A DNA stretch of 64,000 nt, taken from the NCBI GenBank assembly GCA_963575745.1, contig CAUYUJ010000081.1, positions 248,001 to 312,000 of the forward strand. Reading direction: 5' to 3'. Under the pieces are notes generated by a model. That model had not been told where the DNA came from, made no database searches, and worked only from the letters and a program-made list of their open reading frames with translations. The position numbers and the translations under genes were made by a program. Source of the DNA: Prorocentrum cordatum. Its lineage: Eukaryota. This document shows, one piece after another, positions 27,200 through 39,729 of this stretch (the stretch's first letter is position 1; the number at the start of each line of letters is the position of its first letter).

Positions 27200-27760
27200 C
27201 AACACCCCCGTGCACTCCTGCGAGGCCCCGCCGAAGATGCCCTGCGGGAACGACTCGTCCGCCGCGCCGGGCAACTTGCCGAGCTGGCTGGAACTCCGGG
27301 AAATAGAACGCGCTCGGGCCCCTCTGGTCTGACCACGTTTTGCGCGAACCCCAGAGGCAGACCGACCTCGCGCATCGCCCTCGACACGGCGCCAGCGCGA
27401 AGAGCCAGGGGCGCGCCCAATCTCACCTCCACCCTGTCGCCGGGCGCAAGGCCCAGCAATCCGCGGAGCGTCTTGCCCGCTTGGCCCCGCGACGGCCCAG
27501 GCTCGCGCCGGCCCCCCGGCCCTGGGCCCGCCCCCGACGCAGATAAGGTGAAGCGAAGAGAGGGCGTGGAAAGCGGCCTGGAACTCGCGCGCGTGGACTG
27601 CGCCCATCATCCTCTCCAAAACGTCGCGGCGGCTCTAAGTCATTAGTAGTGGAGTCAGCACGATCGCCTGCCCGCCCAACTTCCGCACTTGCGCGGCCAG
27701 GTCATCGGGGGCGCCCTCGGGGCCCGAGAGGGCGCGAGCGACCCTGGAGACGGACGTCGG
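27200..27760 (-). pseudogene. Degenerate C5 DNA methyltransferase domain inside the DIRS element
   Basis: LSGPEGAPDDLAAQVRKLGG (motif I-like, ~27670-27730), SLRFTLSA (27538-27561; cf. PPCSTFSA), GLLGLAPGDRVEVRLGAPLALRA (cf. GL..L....VR.GNLL). Confidence 0.55.
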
Positions 27761-27899
27761 CGAAGAGGAAGGCGAGGGAGCAGACGACGGAGGCCAGGTC
27801 GCCGTGGAGGTAGGCGAATTGGGAGTTCTTGCAGTGGAAGATATGGAAGCACCATCGCGCAAAGCACAAAACTTGCCACCCTCTCCTCCTTCTGCGCCA

Positions 27900-29533
27900 C
27901 GGCCAGAGGCAGCCGAAGAGGGTGGCCGCAAGGGCTGCGCCCTGGCCACCCGGCGTCAAAACCTCGCCGCTTCCCCCCCTTTTCTTCCACCGCCACCCTT
28001 GCTCTTCCCCGCGCCCCGGGCGACGCCGGCCCCCTCGGGGTGGCAGCGCGCGCGGCGGGGCGCATGGAAGCGCGGCGCCTGCCCAAACAGCGCGCGCACT
28101 TGCGGACAAAGCCGCGCGAGACCGGGCACCGCAGGCCCTGGCCAGGGCCGCTCTTGCACCAGCCCTGCTGGGAGACGTCACACAGCGAATGGCCCTTGCG
28201 GTTGCGCGTGAAGGCCCCGCCCTTGACCTCGTGGACCCCCCGCTGAGCGTTGTCCCCGCACGGCCCCCCCTTGCACTTCAGGGCGGGCCTCTCCCGCCGG
28301 GCATTTCCGCCGCCCCCCTCTGGGAACGGCAGCTGCGCTGGGCCCGCGAGGCGCCCGTGGAGACGGTCTCTGTCGATGGGGCGGGCGTCGCCGTCGACGG
28401 ACTCGTGGAACTTCAGGGCGGCCGGCTTCTCGCACTCCCTCGACCAAAACTTGAAATCTTCGACTGCCGCCTTCCACGCGCTGCCCCAAGGGCGCTTCCG
28501 ATCAAAAGTCAAAGGGGAAGCGCGGCATCTTGACGACAGCTTCAGCTTTAGAAGCCTCGGGCTCCAAGCGGAGGCGGAGCTTTTCCGCGTGCCCCAGCTG
28601 GCATCGCACCTCAGCTTGGCACAGCAGGGGCCATGCGCCGGGGCCGTACCAGCTGTTGTACTCCTAGATCATGTTCGACTAGTCCACCATGTTGCCGAAA
28701 GACACAGCGTCGAACCCCACAAGCCTTGTCGTGAGGAGGCGAAAGCACTCCTACCACGCGCAAAAATCAGGCGGCCCCGCCAACTCCACGGTACGGATCG
28801 TGCCGTCTGGGCCGAGCTGCTGCCCGCACATCCGCACCTTCTTGGGGAGCCTGTGGCGGTGCGGCCCGAACAGGCTGATGTCGACATAGGGGGCCACGTC
28901 GCGGCCCAGAAGGACGTGCACGGCGGTCAGCTGCGCCGAAGAACGCTCTTCCTCGGGCCGCGGATCCCTGGAGAAAAGCTTGCGGAACCGTGCGTCATGC
29001 TCCCTGGCGTCATGCAGCGAGAGCGCTGGCACGGCCTCATCAATTGCTTGGCTCACTGTCACGACCGTTTCCAATGCGACGGTCACGCCGGTAGCGGGTT
29101 TGTTGGCCTCTGCCGCCTTCGCGGCTGCCTCGGTCGCGTGCTGTGCATCGGCCGCCGCTTGGGTGGTCCCCGCCAGCGTCGACTCGAGCCGGCGAACCTC
29201 GTCCGCGCTTTGAGCGGCGGCCTCCTGCTTAACCTGAGCTGCCCAGCGTTCCGTGCTCGCGCTGATGCGGCATGCCTGGCAGAAAAGTTTGAGCTGAGCG
29301 CGCTGGCCGAGGCGCAGCTGCTGGCCATCGCAGGCGCACGTACCGAGCTCGGCATCGAGTTCCTCGGCATATTTCGCGGCGATGGCCCGGAAATGCTCGG
29401 CGCCGTCAGGATTGAGGCCGACGTGCGTGAGGAAGGCCTTGCCAAGCGGACAATACGCCTCCGCCCAATTCAAGATGTCCTAAATGGTGTTGAAGCCAGC
29501 GCACTGCTCCGGGGTCGGCTCGAGGGCGGCCAT
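27900..29533 (-). pseudogene. DIRS-type gag-like ORF with C-terminal Cys-rich knuckle, pseudogenised
   Basis: ATG at 29533: MAALEPTPEQ..*DILNWAE, PYVDISLFGPH, VELAGPPDFCAW*, YGPGAWPLLCQAEVRC, FDRKRPWGSAWKAAVEDFKFW, RNRKGHSLC..C..C..RKCARCL. Confidence 0.7.
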
Positions 29534-29744
29534 CTTTCCCCAGTGGCCTGAGTGCGCAGCGGGAGATGCGGGAGAGTTAACCTGAGAAGCCTGAGGCTCG
29601 GATGCACTTGCGCCAAAACGGTGGCGGCATCGCAGGCGCAGAAGTGCCTGCCCGTCCTCCGGGCCAGGAGCACCCTCAGGTTGCCACCCACCAACCCAAC
29701 ATCCCAGCCCCCACATGTCCCCTACACACGTGCCGTGTTCCGTC

Positions 29745-29880
29745 CCAACATAATGCAAAGCAACGCAGAGCAATACAACGCAATGCAAAGCAATGCCATG
29801 CAAAGCCATGCTCAAGAGTGGGTGCAAAGCAATGCAAAGCAGGGCAAAGCAAAGCAATGCAAAGCACAGCCATGCAAATC
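29745..29880. repeat. (GCAAT/GCAAA)n pentamer microsatellite
   Basis: Direct inspection. Confidence 0.85.
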
Positions 29881-30054
29881 AATTTGCCCGCGGCAGTCTC
29901 AGCCTGGCCCCCTTCCCGCACGGCCCTCCCGCGCCGCCGACGGCCCCGCCTGTCGTTGCAGGCGCGGGCTCGCGACCAGGCCGATGCACCAGCGGGGAGC
30001 GCGCCCAGACGGCCAGCAGAGGGCCGAGGAAACACACACAGAGGGGAAGAAGGG

Positions 30055-31017
30055 TGATAATGATGATGATGATGATGATGAGGCTGATGATGATGATGAG
30101 GCTGATGATGATATTGATGCTGAGGATGCTGGTGATGTTCACGCAGATGAAGATATATACGATGGCGATGATGATATGGTGATGATTATGATGATGAGGA
30201 TGATGATGATGGTGACGGTGATGATGATGACGGTGGTGACGATGATGAAGATGATGATGATGATGATTGTGGTGTAGATGGTGGGGATGATGGTGGTGAC
30301 GATGATGATGATGATGATGAGGCCGATAACGATACGATGATGGTGATGATGACGATGATGTTAATGCTGCCGGTAATGATACTGGCGATGGTGGCGATGA
30401 AGGTGGTGATGAAAATGAGGGTGATGGTGATGATGGTGGTAACGATGATGATGATAATGCAGATAGTGATGTTGATGATGGTGGTGAGTATAATGCTGAT
30501 GCTGGTAACGATGAGGCTGCTGATCATAACTATGATGATAAGAATAGTGATAATGCTGCTGGCGATGGTGGCGATGATGCTGGTGATGACAATGATGAAG
30601 ATGGTAATGGAGAGATGTTGATGCTGATGGTGATGGTGATGTTGATGATGACGGCGACTAGGACGACGATGATGATACTGATGGTGGTGATGATGATGGT
30701 GCACGATGTTGATGGCGAAGATAATGGAAATGGTGCTGACGATGGTGACGACGTTGGTTGCGATGATGAGAGTAGCGATGAAGATAGTGGTGAGAATGTT
30801 ATTGATGAAATGATGATGATTGTGATGATAGAAATGATGATGTTAGCGACGAAGCTGCTGACGGTGATGTACACGATGCCGATGATAGAGGTGGTTATTA
30901 CGATGATGACGAGGATGATTATTGTGACGATGGTGATTATGGTAATGAGAATCGCTGCGGTCAGTGTAATCACAGTGATGATGAACAGGGCGTCGAATGG
31001 GGTGATGATGATGACGA

Positions 31018-31048
<31 letters not shown>

Positions 31049-34000
31049 GATGATGATGGTGATCATGATGGCGACGGTTACGATAATGATGGCGATGATG
31101 ACAACGATAATGGCGATGATGGTGATGATGACGATGATGATGCTGCTATTGATGATGGTGGTGATGATGACGATGATGATGATGATGCGGATGCCAATTC
31201 TGAGAATGGTGATGATGATGACGGCGATGGTGATAATGCCAGACGGTGGGAAGAAGTAGGTAGAAGTGGACCGGCAATTGCAGTAGATTGGAATTCCGCC
31301 CCCCCCCCCCCCCCTGAAGAGCGAAGATAAAAACCACTCGAGTTTTGATGTAGGAAGGCTGCTAAAGTAGATTGGATCTGGGGATCCGAAACTACGTATT
31401 TTCAACGACCGACGTGTAATGGTGGGGATGATGATGGTAATGCTGATGATGATGATGCTGATGATGATGATGATGATGGTGATGACGATAATGCCGATCA
31501 CGGTGATGGTGACGATGATGATGATAATGTTGACAATGCTGATGGCGATGCTGGTGATGGTGAAGATGCCGACTATGCTGATGAGGATGATGATGATGAT
31601 GATGATGATGCTGATGCTGATCATGACGGTAATGATGACGATAAAGATGATGGCGATAATTCTGAGTAGGGGCACGATACCGATGATCACAACGATCATG
31701 ATGATGGTGAGGACGATGGTGGCTACTAAGATGGCGATATTGATGGTGAGGATGGTGAGAATGATGATAATGACGATTATGATGATGACAACGACGACGA
31801 CGACGGTGGTGATGCTGACAATGATGGTGATGATTATGACGAGCATGATGATGGGAGTGACGATGAGGATGATGGTGATGACGAGGATGATGACGACGAT
31901 GATGAGAATGATGCCGTTGATAACGATATGAACAATGATGTTAATGACGATGATGACTATGATGATGGTGACAGTGATAGTGATGGCAATGCTGACGATG
32001 ATGATGTTGATGATAATGATGGCAATGATGATTATGACGACGATGATGATGATGTCGATGTTTCATGTTGATGATGATGCTGATGATGATGGTGATGCTA
32101 ATGGTGCTGGTGATGGTGATAACGGTGATGATGGTGGGGATGGTGATGACGAGTATGGTGGTGGTCATGATGGTGATGATGGTCATGATGGAGGCGGTGA
32201 TGGTGAAGATGGTAATGATGACGATGATGATGGTGGAGATGCTGATGGTGATGCTGATGGTGCTGATGACGATAACGATACTACATGGTAATGCTGATAA
32301 TGGCGATGATGTTGGCGAGAGCGATGGCGATGATAACAATTCTGATGACGGTGATGATGACGGCGGCAATGCTGATGATGACGATGATGACGGTGACGAT
32401 CATGGTGATTGTGATGCCGATGGTGGTGGAAGTGACGAGGATGATGATCCCTCTCTCCCTGAGGGGTGACTCTGTTCAAACTAACGTCTGACCAGGCCTG
32501 TGACGGGGGTGGGGAAGGGCGAGAATGATGATGATGACTATGATGATGATTTGATATGATGGTGATGATGCAGGCGCTGGTGGGTGATGATGGTGATGAT
32601 GATGATGATGCTGATGCTGAGGCTGATGATTGTGAATATGGTCATCTTGATGATGCTGATGGTGATGGTGATGGTGATGATGCTGCAGACGATGACGGTG
32701 ACGATGACGATGATGCAATAATGATGATGACGATGTCGATGATGATGATAATACTGATGATGATGATGACGATGGTAACGGTGATGATGGTGATGACGAT
32801 GATGATGATGGTAGTGGTGATGGTGGTGATGATGCTGGTGACGACGACGATGGTGATATGCGGATAAGGATGATGGTGGTGATGACGACAATAATGATAA
32901 CGCTGCTGATAATAATGCTGGCATTGGTGGCGATTCCGATGAAGGTGGTGACGAGGGTGATGACGATGGTGAAGATGATGCTGCTGAGGGTGATGATGAT
33001 GATGATGGTGATGCTTATGGTGATGACGATGACGATGGTGATGACGATGACGATGATAATGCCGATGACGATATTAATGATGGTGGTAAGTATCATGATG
33101 ATGCTTGTAACGATGAGGCTGTTGATGATAACAATACTAATAAGGATAGTGATACTGATGCTTGCGATTGTTCGATGATGGTGGTACTGGCGATGACGAC
33201 GATGCTGATGAGGATGCTGATGATGACGGTGATGATGTTGATGATGACGACGATGATGATGATGGTGCTGGTGATCATGGTGCACGATGCTTATGGCGAA
33301 GATGATGAAAATGGTGCTGACGATGGTGACGACGTTGGCTGCGATGATGATAATAGCGATGATAATGGTGGTGATGTTGTTTATGGTGGGAATGGTAATG
33401 ATAGCGACGGAGATGTTGACGATGACGTTCACGATGCAAATGAGTATGGTGACTATCACGATGATGGCGAAGATGATTATTGTGACAATGGTGAGTGATC
33501 ACGGTGATAAGGATCGCTACAGTGATTGTGATCACAATGATGATGACCAGGATGTCGAATGGGGTGGTGATGATGATGAAGTTGACGGTGATGATGATGG
33601 TGATGATGGTGGTGAGCATGATGGCGACGGTTACGTTGATGATGACGATGTTGACAATGTTGGTGGCGATAATGGTGATGATGACGATGATGCTGATATT
33701 GATGATGGTGGTGCTGATGACGATGATGATGCGGATGCCAATTCTGGTAATGATGATGATGATGATGATGATGATGCTGATGACGGCGATAGTGATAATA
33801 CCCGTCGGTGGGAAGAAGTAGGTGGAAACATGAAGTGGACAGGCAATTGCAGCAGATTGGAAGTACCCCCCCCCCTGAAGAGGAGGGAGTATTAAAACCA
33901 CTCGACTCTTCACGTAGGAAGGCGGGTGAAGTAGATTGGATCTGGAGATCCAAAATCACACATTTTCAACGACCGACGTGTATTGGCGGGGATGATGATG

Positions 34001-35016
34001 GCAATACTGATGATAATGCTGATGATGATGATGGGGGTGATGACGATGATGCCGATCACGGTTGTGCTGACGATGATGATGATAAAGATGGCGATGCTGA
34101 TGGCGATGATTGCGATCGTGATGAAGCCAACTATCCCGATGATGATGCTGATCATGGTGATAAGAATTATGATGAATGTGACGGCGATACTTATTAGGAT
34201 GGTAAAGATGCCGATGACCATAACGGTAACGATACTGATGATGCCGATCATGATAATGGTGATGATGGCTACGAAGATGGCGATATTGATGGTGATGATG
34301 GTGAGAATGATGATGATGATGAGGATTATGATGATGACGTCGACGAAGACGACGACGGTGGTGATGCTGCTGATGATGGTGATGATGATGACAAGCATGA
34401 GGATGGGAGTGACGATGAGGATGATGGTGATGACGAGGATGATGACGAGGTTGATGATGATAATGATGTTGTTGATAACGCTAATGATAGCGATATGGAC
34501 AATGATGTTGATGACGATGATGACTATGATGATGGTAACAGTGATACTGATGGTAATGCTGACGGTGACGATGATGACGATGATGATGATCATGATGATG
34601 GCAATGATGATGTTGACGATGATAATGTTGATGATGCTGATGCTGATTGTGATGCTAAAGGTGCTGATGATGGTGATCACGGTGATGCTGGTAATTATGC
34701 TGATGACGAGTATGGTGGTGGTAATGATGTTGATGACGGTCATGATGGATGCGATGATGGCGATGAGGATGGTGACGATGATGATAGTGGAGATGCTGAT
34801 GGTGATGCTGATGGTGTTGATGATGACGAGATACTAATGATGACGATTATGGTAATGGTGGTGATGATGATGCTGAAAATGGCGATGATGTTTGCGAGGA
34901 TGATGGCGATGATAACAAGCCTGATGGCGGTGATGATGACGACGGCAATGCTGATGATGGCGATGATGCTGGTGATGATCCTGGTAATCGTGATGACGAT
35001 GGTGGTGGAAGTGACG

Positions 35017-35068
<52 letters not shown>

Positions 35069-36439
35069 CGGTGACGATGGATATGATGGTGGTGATGCTG
35101 ATGATGACGATGATGAGTATGACGATGAGGCTGATGGTGGTGATGGTGATGCTGGCGACGATGATGCTCGTCATGATGACGATGCGAATGATGATGCTAG
35201 CGAGGCAAGTCGTGATGATAATCTTAGTGATGATGAGTGCGATGGAGATGCTGGTGATCATGATGCGGATGATAAGTATGCTGATGATGTTGATGATGAA
35301 CATGCTGACGATGATGATGATGCTGATGATGATGATGATGATGCCGATGATGATAACGCTGATGATGCTGACGATGATGATGCAGATCAAGACCCTGTTC
35401 AAACCAACGTCTGACCAGGCCTGTGACGGTGGTGGGGAAGGGCGAGAATGATGATCATTACGATGATTTGATATGATGGTGATGATGCTGGCGCTGGTGG
35501 GTGATGATGAGAATGATGATAATGATGTTGATGCTGGTGCTGATGTTTGTGATGATGGTGTTGATGATGCTGATGGTGATGGTGATGATGATGCTGATGA
35601 CGATGACGGTGACGATGACGATGATGACAATAATGATGATGGCGATGTTGATGTCGATGCCAATGATGATGATGATGATGATTGAGATGACGACGATCAT
35701 CTTCAACATCATCATCGTGTTGAACACACTGAACGTCTGACGGGGCCTTGGACGGAGGACAGGAAAGGCGGTAATGATGATGGTGATGCGGATTGTCATG
35801 CTGATTTAGTTGATGCTGATGATGATGACAAAGATGATAGTGATGCTGATGAGCATGCTGATGCTGACGATGATAGTGGTGGTAATGATGCTGCTGCTAA
35901 TGCTGGGGGTGATGATGGTGATGATGGTGCTACTGATGCTCATGACGATGTTGTTTCTAACGGCAATGATGATGCTGATGATGATAGTGACAGTGCTAAA
36001 CAAAACGCCTGACGAGGCCGTTAGTAGAGGCTAGGGAAGACGAGACTGATGGGTATGCTGGCGATGATGATAAGAATGATGCTACTATTGATGACGAAGG
36101 TCATGCAAATGATGAGTGTGGCGATGCTGAGCATGAGACTGATGAGTGGGTTGATGATGACGGTAGTGATGGTGATGATGACGACGATGATGATGCTGGT
36201 AATGACGATGATGGTAATGCTGATGACGTTGATAATGGTTAACTAGATGACGAAGACCACGCCGATAAGGACGACGACAGTGACGATGACGATGATGACG
36301 ATGATGATGATGGTGGTGGTGATGTAGACGATGATGATGATGATGAGGATGAGGATCATGCTGAACACGATGATAATGATGATGCTGTGGATGATGGTGA
36401 TGATGATGATGATGGTGCTGATGATGAAAGTGATGATGC

Positions 36440-36484
<45 letters not shown>

Positions 36485-36485
36485 G
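30055..36485. repeat. Degenerate (GAT)n array with ~2.6-2.9 kb higher-order duplication and recurrent non-triplet islands
   Basis: Island A at 31240-31430 and 33805-33990. Island B at 32450-32525 and 35390-35450, with variants at ~35718 and ~35993. Confidence 0.93.
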
Positions 36486-36789
36486 GGGGGGGTCGAGAGG
36501 GGCTTGTGGTGACCACTAGTCAAGTGCCCGCCAAAGAGGAGGCGGCGCGTCAGAACGACCGCGGTATCAGCAGCAGCCCCCGCGGCGCTGTCAGGACTGG
36601 CATGTCACTCGGGCGCCACCAGCAGCCCTCCCTCGGCGGCAGAAGAGCCTGCCCGGCACGCCCGTCTCTCTGACCGGGATCTCTCGCGCCACCTCCCCCT
36701 CGCTATGTATCGCTCTCTATCTCTCTATCTCTCACTCCCTCTCTGACCCGCCGGCCACCCAGAGAGCACAAGAGAGTGAATGAAGCTCG

Positions 36790-37280
36790 CCTCCAGCGTG
36801 GCTGAGATGGCCTCCAAGACGGCCCACGACGGTCCAAGATGGTCTCCAGGATAGCCCACGAGGGAACAAGATGGTCAAGGTGGCCCCAAAACGGTCCAAG
36901 AGGCCTTCAAGACGGCCTTAGAGACCTCGAAGAGGACCCCCACGAGGGCGCAAAGAGGCAAATGCTTCAGAAATTCTGCGTTCGCGCCCTCGAGGACTTC
37001 TGACAGCCTCAGACGGCCCAGGAGGCCTCCAGGATGGCCCCAAGACGGCCCAAGAGGCCCCACAAGACGGCCAAGATGGCTTCCAAGTCGGCCGAGGTGA
37101 CCCCATACTTCCTCCAGGACGCCCTAATATGCCCTCCAAGGCGGCCAAGATGACCCAAGATGGCCCCAACGTGGCCCAAGGTAGCGCCAAGACAGCCTCA
37201 GATGGCCCCTAGAGGCCAGCAAGAGGCCCCCAAGATGCCCCCAGGAGGCCCCAAGAGGCACCTACCTAAGAGGCCACCAG
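36790..37280 (-). repeat. Copy of the GGCCGTCTTGG subrepeat element (reverse orientation)
   Basis: Repeated ccaagacggcc / ccaagaggcc units. Confidence 0.8.
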
Positions 37281-39229
37281 AGGCCACCTCCTCGTCCGCC
37301 TTTTCCTCCCATCATCATCCCTCTCATGCTCCCTCTCGTCTTCCTCCCCCAAGGGTTTCTACCAACGGCTGCGGGACCACATAGTCCAATAGCCTGGCCA
37401 AGCATTGGCACAGCGTTTGGCCACATCGGCGTTCCCAGGAAGGCAGGGCGCGGCGGTGACTCGCCGCGGGCGTCTTCCATTAGAGCCTATAAGAAACACA
37501 TCAAGACCACCGTGTTACTTGTTGCTGCAGGTCGCGGCGCGGAAACCCTGCCCCAAGAGCGAGGCTGGCAGTGCGACCGCCCGAGGCCCCCAGTGCCCAG
37601 TGCCCCCCGCCCCCCCGCTCCACAGCGCGGCGTGGCGGGCGCAGCGAGGCGATCGATCGACGAGCCAGCAAGCAAGCCACCACGAGGCACGGCGAGCAAA
37701 CAGACGTGCCTCTGAGGGGGGTGGCACGGAGGGTGCTGGAACAATCTGGGACCGCACCTGCTTGGCCCAGATCCGCCCGACATCGGTCCCTGGACCCCTC
37801 CCAACTGCTCATGCTGACCCTTCTCTGGGAGGCGGATCTGTCTGTGGCGGCGAGGAGCCTCTGGGAGACGCCCAGAAGAAGAAGCCCCCCGGGAGGCCCA
37901 GCACGAGGACGCACGACGCAAGGGCCGGCCCCCTTGCTGCCCGCGCCGCGCCTGAGTCCACGGCCTGCGCCGCCGCCCGGCGCGCCGCCGACGCCACGGC
38001 GCGCGTGCGCCCCCGGGCCAGCGCCAGGGCGACCACCGCGAGGCCTGCGGCGGGAACCGGGCGAGCCTCCCTGCCCCCCCCCCAACCCCATTGACGCTCA
38101 CCCCTGCGGGGCGGCCCCTCTCCCACTGCCAGCCTCCGTGTGGAGGTCGAGGCCCCTCCTCCCTCCTTCAATCCCTCCTCGGTGTTCCTCCCTCCGACCT
38201 CCGCTCCCCCACATCTGGGGCAGGGGTCGGAGGAGCCACCCCTCTCTTGTCTCCTCCTCCTCGGTTCCTCCCTCCTACCTCCTTCCTCCTCCTCCTTCCT
38301 CCTTCCTCCTCCTCCTCCTTCCTCCCTTCTCCCTCCTCCCTCCTCCCTCCTCCTTCCTCCTTCGTCCTTCCTCCTTCCTCCTCCCTCCTTCTCCTTCCTC
38401 CTTCTCCTCCGCACACGCCTGTGACCGCGCAGGCGGCCGCCATCACCAGCAAATCACGAAGGCTTGAATTACGGGCCGTGCTGATCGGCTCGCGCAGCAT
38501 CGACGCCTGCGGCCCGCGGGCGAGGAAGGAGAGCGAGCGCGAGGGAGCGAGGAGAAAGGGAGAGCGAGAATAAGAGGGGGAAGAGGAGGCCGAGGAGAGG
38601 GAGCAAGTGAGCAAGAGCGTCGGGTTAAGCAGAGCAGGAAGTCGAGGGTTGGGGAGACGGGGAGAGGGGCCTGGAGAGAATGCCGAAGGGTTGAAGGATA
38701 CGAACGAGTCACAAGGCTAAAGGGCTGAAAAGCATAAGGGCCAAAGGGGTCGAGCCACAAGGACCAATGGAATACGAGGGGCAAGGGTAAGAAGCAGCCA
38801 CAGCATGAAGACATATTTTACTTATAACACGTGTACGCAGAACCAATGTGCAAGAGAAGAGGTCAGAAAGAGGAGGAAGAAAAAGAATAGGAGCAGGGAT
38901 GGCAGGTGAGACGGAAAGGGCGGACAATACATGTTAAAACTTGTGACGGCGCGCAGAAAAAAATCAAAAGACGTTATGATTTTTTATCCGCTTTTCCCCC
39001 ACCCGCCGGCTGTGGGTTGTGACATGCTTTAGAAAAGAGCTCCCGACCTTCATCTCCCGCCCTGCATACCAAGGCAGCCAGGCCCCTAGTGTTCCAGTGA
39101 TTCCTGGGAGTCCCGCCTCGCGCCCCCTACATTCTGAGCATCATACTGCGGCCCCCAGGTCCCAAGCATCCCTAGGTCTCCCGCCTCGTCCTCGACGAGT
39201 GACGACACAATGAGTAGGCATAGAGATCA

Positions 39230-39530
39230 GACACCAAAACACGAGCAGCACGCATCAACACAACACATACAATACACGCGCGCGCAACATACACGCATGA
39301 TAGTTGCACGTGACTGCACACCGTACACAAACGTAGCATTGAGACACATCAAGTGTGCACAACTGACATGAAGAATATGCATACACACAGCAGGATTGCA
39401 CACACAAGACACATGCGTAAAATACACTGACACAACAGGCGTACACATACTACTGGAAGAACGCATGTGCACACAACATTCGCAAATAACATACACGCGA
39501 AACAAGTTTGGAACGAACAACATATGTAAA
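39230..39530. repeat. Degenerate CA-rich simple repeat
   Basis: Direct inspection. Confidence 0.8.
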
Positions 39531-39729
39531 CCATGGAGCGCGCATCCACCGCCGTGACAGCGGCACGCTAATCATTCTCGCGCTCCCGCCTTTTCGGGCT
39601 TCCGACAGCCCAAGACAGCCCTAGAGGGGCCCTGGATGATTGGAAACAGCAGAGAATGCCTGTGGCACTAACTCAAGCAGCGTCGATACGTCCACGACGC
39701 ATCGGCGACGTCGCCATGAAGAAACTCGG

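Larger units (their letters stand above)
25400..29625 (-). mobile_element. Decayed DIRS-like retrotransposon: gag - C5 DNMT - RT/RNase H start (3' truncated, no tyrosine recombinase seen)
   Basis: Collinear gag, DNMT and RT motifs on the minus strand (see sub-features). Many stops and frameshifts. Confidence 0.8.

Noticed and set aside
28250..29551. 433 aa plus-strand ORF (and similar plus-strand ORFs at 25.3-27.6 kb)
   Set aside because: Antisense shadows of the GC-rich DIRS gag/RT on the minus strand.
30186..36519. Met/Ile/His/Asp-rich ORFs up to 438 aa
   Set aside because: Translations of degenerate (GAT)n; no domain content.
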